From an uncultured Acidobacteriota bacterium (GTDB taxonomy: Bacteria > Acidobacteriota > UBA6911), in NCBI GenBank assembly GCA_963809485.1, contig CAWEJX010000014.1:27753-91752 (forward strand): 64,000 nucleotides of DNA. The letters run 5' to 3'. The notes under the pieces were generated by a model, which had not been told where the DNA came from, ran no database searches, and worked only from the letters and a program-made list of their open reading frames with translations. Of this stretch, positions 62,169 to 64,000 are shown piece by piece. Each line of letters begins with the position of its first letter. The stretch's first letter is position 1. The position numbers and the translations under genes are program-made.

Positions 62169-64000
62169 ATGCTTACGATACGCGCGATGTCGGATGGAAA
62201 GGGATACTCTTCCCGGCATTTGGAGCATGGGGATTACTATGCGGAAGGGGAGCGCATTTTAGGCCGCTGGCAGGGACAAGGGTCAGCCCTCCTTGGACTT
62301 TCCGGCGAAATTAAACCAGAGGACTTTGAATTTTTACGCCAGGGACTGGATCCTCGAACCGGCGGGTTCCTCCGTCAACGGAAAAGCGCCGACAGAAAGA
62401 TGCCGGATGGAACGGTCCAGTCTCACGGAAGAAATCTGTACGACTTTACGATCTCGGCGCCGAAATCTGTTTCAGTCATGGCCGCTTTGGGTGACGACAA
62501 GCGATTGATTGCCGCCCATGAAATGGCAGTCGCGGAAGCTTTGATTGAAATCGAATCCCACGCCGGGGCCCGCGTCCGACGGAACAAAGAAAATGATAAC
62601 CGCGTCACCGGAAATATGGTGATTGCCCTGTACCACCATGACGCCAGCCGGGAACTGGATCCGCAGCTTCATACCCATGCCGTTGCCGCCAACCTGACCT
62701 ATGACAGCGCAGAGAGCCGGTGGAAGGCGCTGCAGGCATCGGCGATTTATGAAAGGAGGGCATACCTGACGGAGGTTTACCGCAATGCGCTTGCCCGGGA
62801 AGTGCGGAGTCTGGGATATGAGATCGAAATAAGACGAGACTCAAGGGGAAAGGATCAGGGCTTTGAGATCCGGGGCATACCGGAAGACCTCTTAACAAAA
62901 TACAGCCAGCGCAGCCGGCAGCGGGATCTTGCTATCCGGCAGTTTGTAGCCAAAACAGGACGCCAGCCAAGCGATAACGAGGTTGCCATCCTGGTTCGTG
63001 ATACCCGGGCAGATAAATTGATCGAGATATCGACTCCGGAGGTCACGAAAAAACAGCATTCAAGGCTGACGCGAGAGGAGAACCGGCTCTTAAGCCGCCT
63101 GAAGCCGGAAGAACTCGAAAGGCAACTCGTCCTGAATTCCGGCGCGGCATCCCTGGAACACGCCAAGGACCATGTGTTTGAGCGCGTATCGGTTGCCAAA
63201 GATTATGAAATCCTGGCCGAAGCTCTCCGGCATGACCGTGGCCGGATAGATCATCAACAACTCAAGAACCGGCTTGCGGTTCAGGAATCATTGGGAATGG
63301 TTCTGCGGAATGGTGGCGAGACTGCAACCACAGCCAGCCTGCAGAGAGAAAAGGAGATGATTGCCTGTGTAAACCGCGGAGTAGGAGATTGTGAGCGCCT
63401 GGATAAAACAAACCGGTATACCCCATCGGGCAGGCTCAATCCGGAGCAGAACGAAGTTGTTCGGTTTGTTCTCAGTTCCCGTGACCGAACCATGAATATC
63501 CGAGGAGCTGCCGGAACCGGCAAAACGGCAACGCTCCGGGAGCTACGGAGGGCGCTGCTGGAATCGAGCCATGAGATAATGGCCATAGCGCCGACCATGA
63601 GCGCTGTCGAGGAACTGCGGAAGGTTGGGTTCAAGGACGCAGCCACGATTGAGCGCCTCCTGCAGGATATGAGCCGCCAGGCTGCAATGAGAGGCAAGGT
63701 ACTGATCGTGGATGAGGCCGGCATGGTTTCCGGCCGGCAGATGCGAGATCTGCTAGATCTCATGGAGAAGCATTCGGCCCGAATTGTCTTCAGCGGCGAC
63801 ACAAGACAGATCCAGAGTGTCGAAGCCTGCGATGCTTTACGGATTCTGGAAAAGGAATCCCGCCTGAAGAGCGTTGAGTTGGTCCACGTCCAGCGCCAAA
63901 CCAATCGGGACTACCGCGAAGCGATTAAGGAATTGCGACGGGATCCAGCCAGAGGATTTGAAAAGCTGGAAACCATGGGAGCCGTACGGGAAGTGCCGTG
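62169..64000 (+). CDS. MOBF (TrwC/TraI-like) relaxase-helicase, truncated by the window end
   Basis: Manual translation: MLTIRAMSDGKGY...GDYY...YDFTISAPKSVS...HHDASRELDPQLHTH; helicase GAAGTGKT and IVDEAGMV. Confidence 0.92.
   Translation, partial: MLTIRAMSDGKGYSSRHLEHGDYYAEGERILGRWQGQGSALLGLSGEIKPEDFEFLRQGLDPRTGGFLRQRKSADRKMPDGTVQSHGRNLYDFTISAPKSVSVMAALGDDKRLIAAHEMAVAEALIEIESHAGARVRRNKENDNRVTGNMVIALYHHDASRELDPQLHTHAVAANLTYDSAESRWKALQASAIYERRAYLTEVYRNALAREVRSLGYEIEIRRDSRGKDQGFEIRGIPEDLLTKYSQRSRQRDLAIRQFVAKTGRQPSDNEVAILVRDTRADKLIEISTPEVTKKQHSRLTREENRLLSRLKPEELERQLVLNSGAASLEHAKDHVFERVSVAKDYEILAEALRHDRGRIDHQQLKNRLAVQESLGMVLRNGGETATTASLQREKEMIACVNRGVGDCERLDKTNRYTPSGRLNPEQNEVVRFVLSSRDRTMNIRGAAGTGKTATLRELRRALLESSHEIMAIAPTMSAVEELRKVGFKDAATIERLLQDMSRQAAMRGKVLIVDEAGMVSGRQMRDLLDLMEKHSARIVFSGDTRQIQSVEACDALRILEKESRLKSVELVHVQRQTNRDYREAIKELRRDPARGFEKLETMGAVREVP

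Larger units (their letters stand above)
60049..64000 (+). mobile_element. One end of an integrative mobilisable element (AlpA, P-loop protein, MOBF relaxase)
   Basis: tRNA-derived att followed by an AlpA-to-relaxase operon; continues beyond the window. Confidence 0.7.

Noticed and set aside
62126-63904. Short ORFs listed over the last 2 kb
   Set aside because: All overlap the relaxase frame starting at 62169

Overview
About 51.7 kb of GC-rich core chromosome from a bacterium whose gene repertoire looks Acidobacteriota-like (VWA paralogues, SpoIIE-HAMP phosphatase, PKD-OmpA, BNR propeller); this taxonomy is inference only. It carries pgi/pmi, pmm, holC, carB (five apparent +1 frameshifts), ccsA-hemA-hemC-hemD, scpAB-rluB-ribE, larE, ftsK, rnj, rsmA, trxA and purA. 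From tRNA-Lys(TTT) at 51783 the sequence becomes accessory: a 3.3 kb integrase-less islet bounded by a tRNA 3' duplication (with a RelB/YafQ pair and a kinase remnant), an AAA/DUF4143 ATPase, a diguanylate cyclase, tRNA-Glu, two orphan tRNA 3' halves, and the start of a mobilisable element (AlpA, P-loop protein, MOBF relaxase-helicase running off the window and absent from the ORF track). The most striking unannotated signal is a family of six 180-270 bp transposase-less intergenic elements with IS200/IS605-like hairpin ends and interchangeable, nested palindromic cores. Several separate heptamer-repeat palindromes are also present. All calls were made by eye from the sequence and ORF track; no searches were run.
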